From an uncultured Verrucomicrobiota bacterium (lineage in GTDB: Bacteria > Verrucomicrobiota > Verrucomicrobiia > Limisphaerales > UBA9464), in assembly GCA_903896505.1 (NCBI GenBank), contig CAITXU010000002.1, forward strand, positions 13,500-77,499: a stretch of DNA of 64,000 nt, read 5' to 3'. Positions within the stretch are counted from its first letter, which is position 1; each line of letters opens with the position of its first letter. Under the pieces are notes generated by a model. The model saw only the letters and a program-made list of their open reading frames with translations. It had not been told where the DNA came from and did not search any database. Below are positions 52,274 through 60,803 of the stretch, in pieces. A program made the translations under genes and the position numbers.

Positions 52274-55009
52274 GTGACCGCTTCTCTTCCGCCCAACCCG
52301 TCCGTTCCCGCTGACCTTCCCCCTACCGCTGCGTCGCGCCCATTGGGACGCCCCGGTTCGACCCTCACCCGCCTGAGCGATTCGCTGGCTGACTTGGCGG
52401 CTTTGGCTCTTTCGGGGAAAAGCCCATCCCAACAGCGACTGATCATCGCCGATTTTATTGAGGACCTTCGCCGCGCCGGTCACGCAATACCGACGGTGAC
52501 CTCGACCCCTTATGTCAACACCATCCCGGTGGACGAAGAGCCGGAATATCCAGGAGACTTGGAGATTGAGCGGCGGATCAAATCCTTCATCCGTTGGAAT
52601 GCGATGGCCATGGTCGTTCGCGCCAACAGTGGAGATCTGGGAGTTGGCGGCCACATCTCGACCTTTGCCTCACTGGCCACGCTCTATGAGGTCGGATTCA
52701 ACCATTTCTTTCGAGGTGGAGATGCCGGTCATTTGGCTGACTTGATCTATTTCCAGGGCCATGCATCGCCGGGGAACTATGCCCGGGCTTATGTGGAAGG
52801 TCGTTTGGACGATCAGAGCCTGATGAATTTCCGCCAAGAACTTCAGCCCCATTCCGGCCTGTCCAGCTATCCGCATCCCTATTTGATGCCGGATTTTTGG
52901 CAGTTCCCCACCGTTTCAATGGGGCTCGGACCGATCCATTCGATCTACCAGGCTTACTTCAGCCGATATTTGCAGGCGCGCGGTCTGACGCCTCCGGGGG
53001 ACGACCCAAAGGTCTGGTGCTTTATTGGTGACGGTGAGTCCGATGAGCCGGAAACCCTCGGTCAGGTCAGTTTCGCCGGACGCGAACACCTTGATAACCT
53101 CGTTTGGGTGGTGAATTGCAATCTTCAGCGGCTGGACGGTCCCGTACGGGGCAATGGCAAGGTGATTCAGGACCTGGAGGGAATCTTCCGGGGAGCTGGC
53201 TGGAATGTCATCAAGGTGGTCTGGGGGGGCAATTGGGATGAATTGCTGGCTCAAGACCATTCGGGACTATTGGTCCGCCGGATGGAGGAAGTCGTCGACG
53301 GCGAGTACCAAAAATATGTGGTCGAACCCGGAAGCTATGTCCGGAAACATTTCTTTGGCAAATATCCGGAGCTGTTGAAGCTGGTGAATCACCTGACCGA
53401 CGATCAACTCAAGCGGCTGATGCGCGGTGGACATGATCCCCGAAAAGTCTTCGCGGCTTACAAGGCGGCCACCTCCCACAAGGGGAGTCCGACCGTGATT
53501 CTGGCCAAAACCGTGAAGGGATATGGTTTGGGGGAGGCCGGCGAAGGCCGGAATCCGACTCACGGTCAAAAGAAGCTCAATGAAAAAGAGCTTCGAGAAT
53601 TTCGTCACCGATTCCACATCCCCATTGGCGATGAAGTGATCGCGGACATGCCGTTTTACCGTCCGGCGGCCGACAGCCCGGAATACGAGTATCTCCATGC
53701 CCGTCGTCGGGAATTGGGTGGGTACCTTCCCAAGCGGAATCCCCGGGCCCCTCGTCTGGATGTGCCGGAACCGTCCGCCTTTCCTGCGTTGCTGACCGCC
53801 AGCAATCTGGCAAAGGCTTCCACCACCAAAGCCTACACCATTCTCATCAGTGCCTTGATGCGGGACAAAAATATCGGCAAGTACATTGTCCCGATTGTTC
53901 CCGATGAGGCCCGCACCTTCGGTATGGAAGGGCTTTTCAGCCAGGTGGGTATCTATAGCGCGGCGGGGCAACTCTATGACCCGGTCGATTCGTCGAGTGC
54001 CACTCCCTACCGCGAATCCAAGACGGGCCAGCTCATCGAAGCGGGTATCAACGAAGCGGGTTCCATGGGCAGTTTCGTTGCTGCAGGGACGGCCTACTCC
54101 AATTACGGGGTGCCGACGATTCCGTTTTACATCTATTACTCGATGTTCGGATTCCAACGGGTCGGAGATCAGGTCTGGTTGGCAGGAGACAGTCGTTGCA
54201 AGGGGTTCCTCATGGGTGCCACTTCTGGACGGACGACCTTGAATGGAGAAGGACTCCAGCACCAGGACGCCCACAGCCATCTGATTGCGGCTTCTGTTCC
54301 CAATCTCTATTCTTACGAGCCGGCATTTGGATATGAATTGGTCGTCATCGTTTGCGATGGGCTCAAGCGGATGTACCACGATCTCGAGGAGATTTTTTAT
54401 TACATCAGCGTCCACAACGAGGACTATGCCCACGCTCCTCTCCCGGAGAACCCGGCCGTCGTGCCAGGGATTCTGAATGGCATGTACAAGTTTCGTCCTG
54501 GGAAGCCAGGATTGAAGCATCGGGCTCAATTGATCGGTTCCGGTGCCATCCTGATGCAGGCCCTCAAGGCTCAGGAACTGTTGGAGGCCTATGGCGTATC
54601 TGTGGACGTCTGGAGTGCCACCAGCTTTAAGCGTTTGAGGAGTGAAGCCCAGGCGGCCCGGCGTTGGAACATGCTCCATCCCACCGAAACACCCAAAGTC
54701 AGTTATCTGGAGACGGTGGTGGCTGGACAGGAGGGTCCGTGGATTGCGGTCACCGACAATTTGAAGTTGGTCTCGGACCAGATTGCTCCATGGATTCCAG
54801 GTGGACTGTTCAGCCTTGGTTGTGACGGTTTTGGACGAAGCGAGGCCCGGGGCGTTCTGCGACGGTTCTTCGAGATTGACGCTGTCAGTGCGGCCGTGGG
54901 GACGCTCTACACGCTGAGCCAAAAAGGTGAAATCCCGAAGGAGACCGTTGCCCGGGCAATCCAAGAATTGGGATTGGACCCGGAAAAATCCCACGGTATC
55001 TGCGTCTAA
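52274..55009 (+). CDS. aceE: Pyruvate dehydrogenase E1 component, homodimeric type
   Basis: 'YVNTIPVDEEPEYPGDLEIERRIKSFIRWNAMAMV' and the ThDP motif 'FIGDGESDEPETLG' are present. Similarity to AceE runs the full length. The start is uncertain (GTG at 52274; the track ORF begins at 52124). Confidence 0.95.
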   Translation: MTASLPPNPSVPADLPPTAASRPLGRPGSTLTRLSDSLADLAALALSGKSPSQQRLIIADFIEDLRRAGHAIPTVTSTPYVNTIPVDEEPEYPGDLEIERRIKSFIRWNAMAMVVRANSGDLGVGGHISTFASLATLYEVGFNHFFRGGDAGHLADLIYFQGHASPGNYARAYVEGRLDDQSLMNFRQELQPHSGLSSYPHPYLMPDFWQFPTVSMGLGPIHSIYQAYFSRYLQARGLTPPGDDPKVWCFIGDGESDEPETLGQVSFAGREHLDNLVWVVNCNLQRLDGPVRGNGKVIQDLEGIFRGAGWNVIKVVWGGNWDELLAQDHSGLLVRRMEEVVDGEYQKYVVEPGSYVRKHFFGKYPELLKLVNHLTDDQLKRLMRGGHDPRKVFAAYKAATSHKGSPTVILAKTVKGYGLGEAGEGRNPTHGQKKLNEKELREFRHRFHIPIGDEVIADMPFYRPAADSPEYEYLHARRRELGGYLPKRNPRAPRLDVPEPSAFPALLTASNLAKASTTKAYTILISALMRDKNIGKYIVPIVPDEARTFGMEGLFSQVGIYSAAGQLYDPVDSSSATPYRESKTGQLIEAGINEAGSMGSFVAAGTAYSNYGVPTIPFYIYYSMFGFQRVGDQVWLAGDSRCKGFLMGATSGRTTLNGEGLQHQDAHSHLIAASVPNLYSYEPAFGYELVVIVCDGLKRMYHDLEEIFYYISVHNEDYAHAPLPENPAVVPGILNGMYKFRPGKPGLKHRAQLIGSGAILMQALKAQELLEAYGVSVDVWSATSFKRLRSEAQAARRWNMLHPTETPKVSYLETVVAGQEGPWIAVTDNLKLVSDQIAPWIPGGLFSLGCDGFGRSEARGVLRRFFEIDAVSAAVGTLYTLSQKGEIPKETVARAIQELGLDPEKSHGICV

Positions 55010-55267
55010 CCCCCAGCCGTTTTCTTTGAGGTGGGAGCGGCTTCCAGCCGCTTATTCCGGGACCATCATTTGAAGGCGGAAGCGATATTCCGTTTTTCGG
55101 GCTTGTTTTGAATGGAGGATACTCCCAAAGCCGTCGGCCCCAGCCTCCGTTCATTTTTTGTGACTTCCATGTAAAGAGGACTTGCGTTGGATGTGGGCGA
55201 CCGGCATGCTCCGCCTCCCTTTGGTGGAAATTGCTGGCCGTTGGGGTTGGCGTTCGACAAATCGACT

Positions 55268-55531
55268 ATGGTCAAAATCCGTTTGAAGCGTACTGGGGCG
55301 AAAAACAGCCCGGTTTACCGTGTGGTGGTGGCTGATGGCCGCAGCCCACGCGATGGCAAATTTATTGAGGAATTGGGTACCTACTGGCCCTTGCGGAAGG
55401 ATGAACTGAATTTCTCGATCAACCTCGATCGCGCCAAGTATTGGCTCGGGGTTGGCGCTCAGCCGAGCGAGACTGTTTCGAGCATGATCCGCAAGGCCGA
55501 CAAAGTGGCTGTGGTGGCTCCGGCTGCCTAA
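55268..55531 (+). CDS. rpsP: 30S ribosomal protein S16
   Basis: The sequence starts '[41 protein letters not shown]'. Confidence 0.95.
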   Translation: MVKIRLKRTGAKNSPVYRVVVADGRSPRDGKFIEELGTYWPLRKDELNFSINLDRAKYWLGVGAQPSETVSSMIRKADKVAVVAPAA

Positions 55532-55618
55532 GTCCGCCAGGGACCGAGACCTTCGTCTCTTCGTGCCTGAATTTCATCCGCCGTTTATCCGCACTTCACC
55601 CAATCTTGCCGCTGATCC

Positions 55619-55852
55619 ATGCAGTCCTTTGTCGAATTTGTGATCCAGGGCCTTGTGGATCGACCCGATGATGTTCGAGTCACGGCGGTGCAGCGGCATG
55701 GCATGACCGTCTACGAGGTGGAATTGGGGGAAGGGGATGCGGGAAAGGTGATCGGGCGTCGGGGGGCTACGATTCAGGCCATTCGTTCTCTACTGCAAGT
55801 CGGTGCCATGAAGGCGGGACTGCGGTGCCAACTGGACCTGGTCGAGGATTGA
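55619..55852 (+). CDS. KH-domain RNA-binding protein (YlqC/UPF0109 family)
   Basis: '[18 protein letters not shown]' is a KH GxxG loop. The protein is 77 aa and lies between rpsP and trmD. Confidence 0.8.
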   Translation: MQSFVEFVIQGLVDRPDDVRVTAVQRHGMTVYEVELGEGDAGKVIGRRGATIQAIRSLLQVGAMKAGLRCQLDLVED

Positions 55853-55889
55853 CGAGGGCACCCCTGGGGAGCCCAACTTGGCGAGTACG

Positions 55890-56594
55890 ATGAAGGTTGA
55901 CGTGCTCACCTTGTTTCCGGGGATGTTTTCGGGTCCATTGGACGAAAGCATCGTCGGACGAGCCCGGGAAACCGGACGGCTCCAGCTCAGGGTGCATAAT
56001 TTGAGAGAGTGGACTCACGACCGTCATAAGACGGTGGATGACACTCCCTACGGCGGGGGACCTGGAATGGTCCTGAAGCCGGAGCCGATCTTTGAAGCAG
56101 TGGAAGCCCTCAGGGCTGCCAGCGAGGTGCCCACCCGGGTGATTTTGCTGACGCCGGGAGGACGGGTGTTCAACCAGGCTGTGGCAAGAGAATTGGCTGC
56201 CTTGCCGGCTTTGTTGCTGGTGTGCGGTAGCTACGAGGGATTTGACGAGCGGGTGCGGGAACATCTCGTGGATGACGAGATCAGCCTCGGTGATTTTGTA
56301 CTGACCAATGGGGCGTTGCCCGCGATGGTGATGATCGATGCGGTCACGCGTTTGCTTCCGGGTGTCCTGGGAGACGATGCCAGTAGTGACGACGAATCGT
56401 TCAGTCGGGGGGTGCTGGAGTATCCGCACTACACCCGGCCAGTGGAATTTCGCGGTTGGCGGGTGCCAGATATTTTGTTGTCTGGCAATCATGCCGCCAT
56501 CGCAAAATGGCGGCGTGCGGAAGCGAGTCGACGGACCGCAGACCGCAGGCCGGATTTGTGGGAAAAGTTGCGCTGGCGGAAGCCGGCTGGATGA
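55890..56594 (+). CDS. trmD: tRNA (guanine37-N1)-methyltransferase
   Basis: '[13 protein letters not shown]', '[15 protein letters not shown]' and '[13 protein letters not shown]' are present. Confidence 0.95.
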   Translation: MKVDVLTLFPGMFSGPLDESIVGRARETGRLQLRVHNLREWTHDRHKTVDDTPYGGGPGMVLKPEPIFEAVEALRAASEVPTRVILLTPGGRVFNQAVARELAALPALLLVCGSYEGFDERVREHLVDDEISLGDFVLTNGALPAMVMIDAVTRLLPGVLGDDASSDDESFSRGVLEYPHYTRPVEFRGWRVPDILLSGNHAAIAKWRRAEASRRTADRRPDLWEKLRWRKPAG

Positions 56595-56598
56595 AATA

Positions 56599-57036
56599 AT
56601 GGGAGTTATGGTTATGAAGCTGAATAAATCGGCGCTGTTTGACAAAATCGAGGGCGAGCAATTTCGGAAGGAGTTGCAGAATTTTTCCGTGGGGGATTCA
56701 GTCCGCGTCCACACCAAGGTGGTGGAAGGTGACAAGGAGCGAATCCAGGTGTTCGCCGGGATTGTGATCGGCGTCAAGGGACGCGGGCTCAACCTGACCT
56801 TCACCGTCCGTCGTCTCAGCTACGGCGAAGGCGTGGAACGTATTTTCCCGCTGCACTCCCCCCGGATTGACAAAATCGAGGTGGAACGTCACGGGGATGT
56901 TCGCCGGGCCAAACTGACCTACCTGCGCGGACGCATCGGCAAGGGCGCCATGTCCATCAAGGACAAGGAGAGCCCCGAGGCGGCTGCTTCCAGTCGCACG
57001 GCGCGTTCAGCCAAGGGCGCCGCCGCTGCTGCCTGA
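56599..57036 (+). CDS. rplS: 50S ribosomal protein L19
   Basis: '[60 protein letters not shown]' is present. The start is one of three ATGs at 56599, 56608 and 56614. Confidence 0.95.
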   Translation: MGVMVMKLNKSALFDKIEGEQFRKELQNFSVGDSVRVHTKVVEGDKERIQVFAGIVIGVKGRGLNLTFTVRRLSYGEGVERIFPLHSPRIDKIEVERHGDVRRAKLTYLRGRIGKGAMSIKDKESPEAAASSRTARSAKGAAAAA

Positions 57037-57237
57037 TTTCCCACGATTGACCGGATGGGCTGAATGGCCCATGGTTGTTTCGAGGAGGGTCGGGATGACC
57101 GACTTCCGGGTATCGCCGTGCAAGCTTCCGGGGAGCAGACTTCGACCAATTCGGCATCGCCGGTGCGACAGCCGCTGCTGTCACGTCATTCGGAAGCTTG
57201 GTGGCGACGGGCGGCCCGACGTCAGCATGAAGCAGTG

Positions 57238-57516
57238 ATGGTGCATTTATTTGGTGGTACCGTCATCGCTGAGCATCCATTGCGGGGCAAAGTGATGCTG
57301 GTGGGTCGTGACCCCGGCAAAGCCCTGGTCTTGCTTTCTTCGCGTGCCTCCAGGCATCACGCCCGCCTCTTTCAGCATCGAGGTGCCTGGGTCATGGTGG
57401 ACACCGGCAGCCGTCATGGCATTTGCTTGAATGGGGTTCAGGTTCACTCGGTCAGCCTGCGTGAGGGGGATTTCCTCCAATTGGGGGATGACATTTTGAC
57501 GTACACCCTGCGCTGA
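57238..57516 (+). CDS. FHA-domain protein (single domain, ~92 aa)
   Basis: 'VMLVGRDPGKALVLLSSRASRHHARLFQHRGAWVMVDTGSRHGICLNG' contains the G-R ... S-x-x-H ... N-G pattern. Confidence 0.75.
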   Translation: MVHLFGGTVIAEHPLRGKVMLVGRDPGKALVLLSSRASRHHARLFQHRGAWVMVDTGSRHGICLNGVQVHSVSLREGDFLQLGDDILTYTLR

Positions 57517-57518
57517 CC

Positions 57519-58421
57519 ATGGATGTCTTCGTCAAATTCTGGGGAACCCGGGGTTCCATTCCGACCCCTGGCGAGCACACCCATCGGTTTGGCGGCAACA
57601 CGGCCTGCATCGAGATTCGCCACGAGGAGACTCTCATCATTTGTGATGCCGGTTCGGGCATTCGTGAGTTGGGTGAAGACTTGTTGACCAGGTCAAATCA
57701 ACCGATTACGGGGCACCTCCTGTTCAGTCATTGTCATTGGGATCACATTCAAGGTTTCCCATTCTTCTCGCCCGCTTACCGTCGGGAAAATCGATTTTAT
57801 ATTCACGGTCGGCACCCCGGGGATGATCGCTTCTACCGTCTCCTTTCGGGGCAAATGGAGTCGGATTACTTCCCCATTGGATTTCAGGCTCTTCGGGCCG
57901 AAATCAGTTCGTCGGATTTGGAAACGGCGGGCAACAAGATTGGCCGCGTCCAGGTCCGATGGATTCAACTGAAACACCCCGGGGGATGTCTGGGATATTC
58001 TCTTCAGGTGGATGCAGTGAAGGTCGTCTATTTGACGGATTGCGAAGTGCCGATTCCCGCCGACCGGCCACGCTCAGAATTGCGGCCTATGCCTCCGGAA
58101 TTGGTGGAGTTCGTCCGAGGCGCCGACCTGTTGATCGGTGACGGTCAGTATACCGACGACGAATATGCGGACCGCTCGGGATGGGGACACTCGAGTTGCT
58201 TTACGGTGGTGGATTTGGCCGTTCAAGCGACCGTTAAACACCTTGCCTTATTTCACCATGATCCTGCCCGTACCGATTTTGAACTGGATGAATTGGTGGA
58301 TGCCTGCCGGGTTCGGATCGAATCCCACAGAAGCACCATGACGGTTACCGCCGCCCGGGAGGGGGTGGAGTATCGGTATGCAACCACGGAGATTCCTATG
58401 GGTGTCGAATCGGGCCACTAG
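57519..58421 (+). CDS. MBL-fold metallo-hydrolase
   Basis: 'FWGTRGSIP' is followed by the metal motif 'LLFSHCHWDHIQGFPFF' and the later 'LFHHDP'. The start lies 2 nt after the FHA gene stop. Confidence 0.8.
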   Translation: MDVFVKFWGTRGSIPTPGEHTHRFGGNTACIEIRHEETLIICDAGSGIRELGEDLLTRSNQPITGHLLFSHCHWDHIQGFPFFSPAYRRENRFYIHGRHPGDDRFYRLLSGQMESDYFPIGFQALRAEISSSDLETAGNKIGRVQVRWIQLKHPGGCLGYSLQVDAVKVVYLTDCEVPIPADRPRSELRPMPPELVEFVRGADLLIGDGQYTDDEYADRSGWGHSSCFTVVDLAVQATVKHLALFHHDPARTDFELDELVDACRVRIESHRSTMTVTAAREGVEYRYATTEIPMGVESGH

Positions 58422-58455
58422 TGTCGTGTATCCCAAATGGCTTACAGTTTGCCGC
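58421..58455. repeat. Solo copy of the terminal motif of the 29.7-kb foldback element
   Basis: GTGTCGTGTATCCCAAATGGCTTACAGTTTGCCGC matches the left terminus at 29663-29693 in 29 of the first 31 nt. Confidence 0.75.
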
Positions 58456-58456
58456 G

Positions 58457-59542
58457 ATGGCCGGTTCTGATATCCTTTTGGTCGTGCGAGCATTATTTGG
58501 GGCCGGGTGGGCGTTGTCCTTGGCATTTTCCGCCTTGGCGGCCGAGCGGACCTTCGACTGGAGCACAGAAGGTGAGGGAAAGTTGCCCGAAGGGTTCCAT
58601 TCACGGTTGACCGGAAGTGGAAAGACAGGGGACTGGAAAATCGTTCGCGACGAACTTCCAACCGAATTCAAACCGTTCAATACCAACGCCGTTTCCATCA
58701 ACCGCTTTCCCGTGGTTGCCCAGGTTGTCCCCTCCAACGAGGATGAACGGTTTCCTCTGCTGATGTTTGATGAAGAGGTTTACGGGGATTTGACCTTTAC
58801 CGCCCGAATCAAAGTGATTTCTGGAGCCTTGGAGCAGATCGCCGGATTGGTTTTTAGATCGCAAGATGAACGGAATGGCTACGTCGTTCGAATCAATACC
58901 CTCGATGGAAACGTTCGATTCTATAAATTCGTCAATGGCGTTCGGTCCAATCCCATTGGGAAGGACTATCCACTCAAAAAAGGGCAGTGGTATCAGCTCT
59001 CCGTCAACTGCACCGGTAATAAGATCAAGGTCTTATTGGACGGAAAAGAGGCCATCCCGGAATTGACGGACAACAGTTTCACCAAGGGGCATATCGGATT
59101 CATCACCAAGTCCGATACTGTGGCCTATTTTTCCGATGCCCATGTCACCTACCGTCCGCTGGAGATGCTCGCAACAAAACTGGTGCGGCAGGTGGACGAA
59201 CTCCAACCCCGGCTACTGAATTTTCGAATCTACGGTAAGACCGCTTCCCGGCCCGACTTGCACGTCCTCGCGGCCAAGATCAGCGCCGATGCCGGACGTG
59301 CAGCGGATGCCACCGAACTGAAGGTCTTTTCCGAAAACCGGATGTATTACGGAAAAGACAACGGAGATGGGGTGGTCACCGCGCCGCTCCACGACCGGAA
59401 TGGTGAAACCATTGGTGTCGCCAAGTTTTTCTTGAAATCATTTCCGGGCCAGACTGCCGCCAATTCCATTGGACGTGTCGTGCCCACATTGCATGAAATT
59501 GAGAAACAGGTTGGTTCGGCGGACGACCTGGCGGAAGAGTAA
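58457..59542 (+). CDS. Secreted hypothetical protein, N-terminal DUF1080/LamG-like domain plus unassigned C-terminal domain
   Basis: The signal peptide is MAGSDILLVVRALFGAGWALSLAFSALAAE. 'GDWKIVRDE', 'IAGLVFRSQDERNGYVVRIN' and 'KGHIGFITKSDTVAYFSDAHV' are typical of the DUF1080 jelly-roll. I chose the ATG at 58457, after the repeat. Confidence 0.55.
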   Translation: MAGSDILLVVRALFGAGWALSLAFSALAAERTFDWSTEGEGKLPEGFHSRLTGSGKTGDWKIVRDELPTEFKPFNTNAVSINRFPVVAQVVPSNEDERFPLLMFDEEVYGDLTFTARIKVISGALEQIAGLVFRSQDERNGYVVRINTLDGNVRFYKFVNGVRSNPIGKDYPLKKGQWYQLSVNCTGNKIKVLLDGKEAIPELTDNSFTKGHIGFITKSDTVAYFSDAHVTYRPLEMLATKLVRQVDELQPRLLNFRIYGKTASRPDLHVLAAKISADAGRAADATELKVFSENRMYYGKDNGDGVVTAPLHDRNGETIGVAKFFLKSFPGQTAANSIGRVVPTLHEIEKQVGSADDLAEE

Positions 59543-59746
59543 TTCCCATTCCTGAGAAAACAGGCCCTACGCATCAGCGGGAAATTTCGTTGTTTCCGAG
59601 AGTTGAGCGTTGCCGGAAGCGTCGCACAGGTGGAGGCAGGTCGAATCCGGGTCTGGGCAGGTCGATTTTGACCATAAATGGGTCACCATCGGGCAACGTC
59701 GTCTGCGTCCAGATGAACTGGCAAAGGGGATGCTCTCTTAACCCGC

Positions 59747-60298
59747 ATGAAGGCCGCCGTATTTCTGGAACGTGATGGAATTCTCAACTTGTGCGATCAA
59801 TCTGGTCGCCACCAAGTCGTTCCACGCCGGTTGGAAGAGTTTCGCGTCAACCCTGCGGCACATGCGTTGCTGTCCCAACTCAAGCAGGCAGGATTCGTCC
59901 TGATCGTCGCCACGAACCAACCTGGCGTTGTGCGCGGACATTTTTCACGGAGTGAACTGGACCGAATGCACGCACTCCTGCGCCGACAGTTGCCGCTCGA
60001 TGACATCCTGATTTGTGTGGACGATGATCCCTCCCATCCCTGCTGTAAGCCCAACCCGGGTTTGTTTCTGGAGGCAGGATTTAAATGGGGCCTGGACCTC
60101 GACCGTTCATTCGTGATTTCTGACAAATGGCCTGACGCCAAGGCAGCGCACGTGGCCGGGTGCACCAGCGTCATGGTGCAATCACCCTGGGTGGGCAATG
60201 ATCACCATGATTTTGTGGTGAACGACCTGCCGTCGGCAGTGGCCAAGATTTTGCATCTCCATGCCAATCTGTTTAGTTCGCTGCCGGCTGCTGCCTGA
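59747..60298 (+). CDS. HAD-IIIA phosphatase, GmhB (D,D-heptose 1,7-bisphosphate phosphatase)/histidinol-phosphatase-like
   Basis: 'AVFLERDGILN' (motif I variant), 'VATNQPGVVRG' and 'CCKPNPGLF' are present. Confidence 0.75.
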   Translation: MKAAVFLERDGILNLCDQSGRHQVVPRRLEEFRVNPAAHALLSQLKQAGFVLIVATNQPGVVRGHFSRSELDRMHALLRRQLPLDDILICVDDDPSHPCCKPNPGLFLEAGFKWGLDLDRSFVISDKWPDAKAAHVAGCTSVMVQSPWVGNDHHDFVVNDLPSAVAKILHLHANLFSSLPAAA

Positions 60299-60422
60299 AG
60301 ACTGGGATGATTCAAGCATAGCTTTTAGGGATCTCATTTGAAGTTGGCCCTTCCAAATAGAATCCCAAAGAACGACCTACCTTAAGTTCATTGGTGGACA
60401 CGGGAAGGTCGACTCTCTGAAG

Positions 60423-60705
60423 CCCCACCGGGGCAAAATGAGACAGCTCACGGCGGTAGCCCTGGGTTAGAAGTCTGGCTAAATTTTGAGCCCTGAAAGG
60501 GCGAAATCAAGACCGACACCAGTCATGACATTCGTCTAAGATGTCATCGCTCCGTTGAGGAGTCCAATTCCTCATTGAGAAGTCAATAGACACCAGGAAT
60601 TGGGCGAGGAATTGCGGCACTAGTTTTGCCCCTTCAGGGCAAAAATTCGTTTGGCACCGTTTCCCAGGGCGTTGCCTTGGGCTGTCTCATTTTGCCCCTT
60701 TGGGG
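60423..60705. repeat. ~280-nt foldback: two inverted ~85-nt repeat units around a ~115-nt spacer
   Basis: GGGGCAAAATGAGACAGC at 60430-60447 pairs with GCTGTCTCATTTTGCCCC at 60681-60698, an 18-nt perfect core. The arms stay similar for about 85 nt. An internal perfect 8-bp hairpin TTTTGCCC/GGGCAAAA lies at 60624-60644. The element lies between convergent genes. Confidence 0.8.
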
Positions 60706-60803
60706 CGTTCCCAACGATGCCCTCCACTCGATTCAGACCCAGTTACATCCAGCCCGACCCCGAGCCCTTCGTCTGGGAGGCTGCCATAAAATGTCCGGTA
60801 CAC

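Noticed and set aside
53267-54994. A 575-aa ORF antisense to aceE. The same applies to 5283-6968 antisense to the Gfo-family gene, and to 55767-56804 antisense to trmD/rplS. It also applies to 61986-62918 antisense to shc, 37231-38854 antisense to the creatininase and FAD-oxidase genes, and 23670-24338 antisense to gspE.
   Set aside because: In every case the opposite strand encodes a protein with clear family motifs over its full length. These are GC-rich antisense artefacts.
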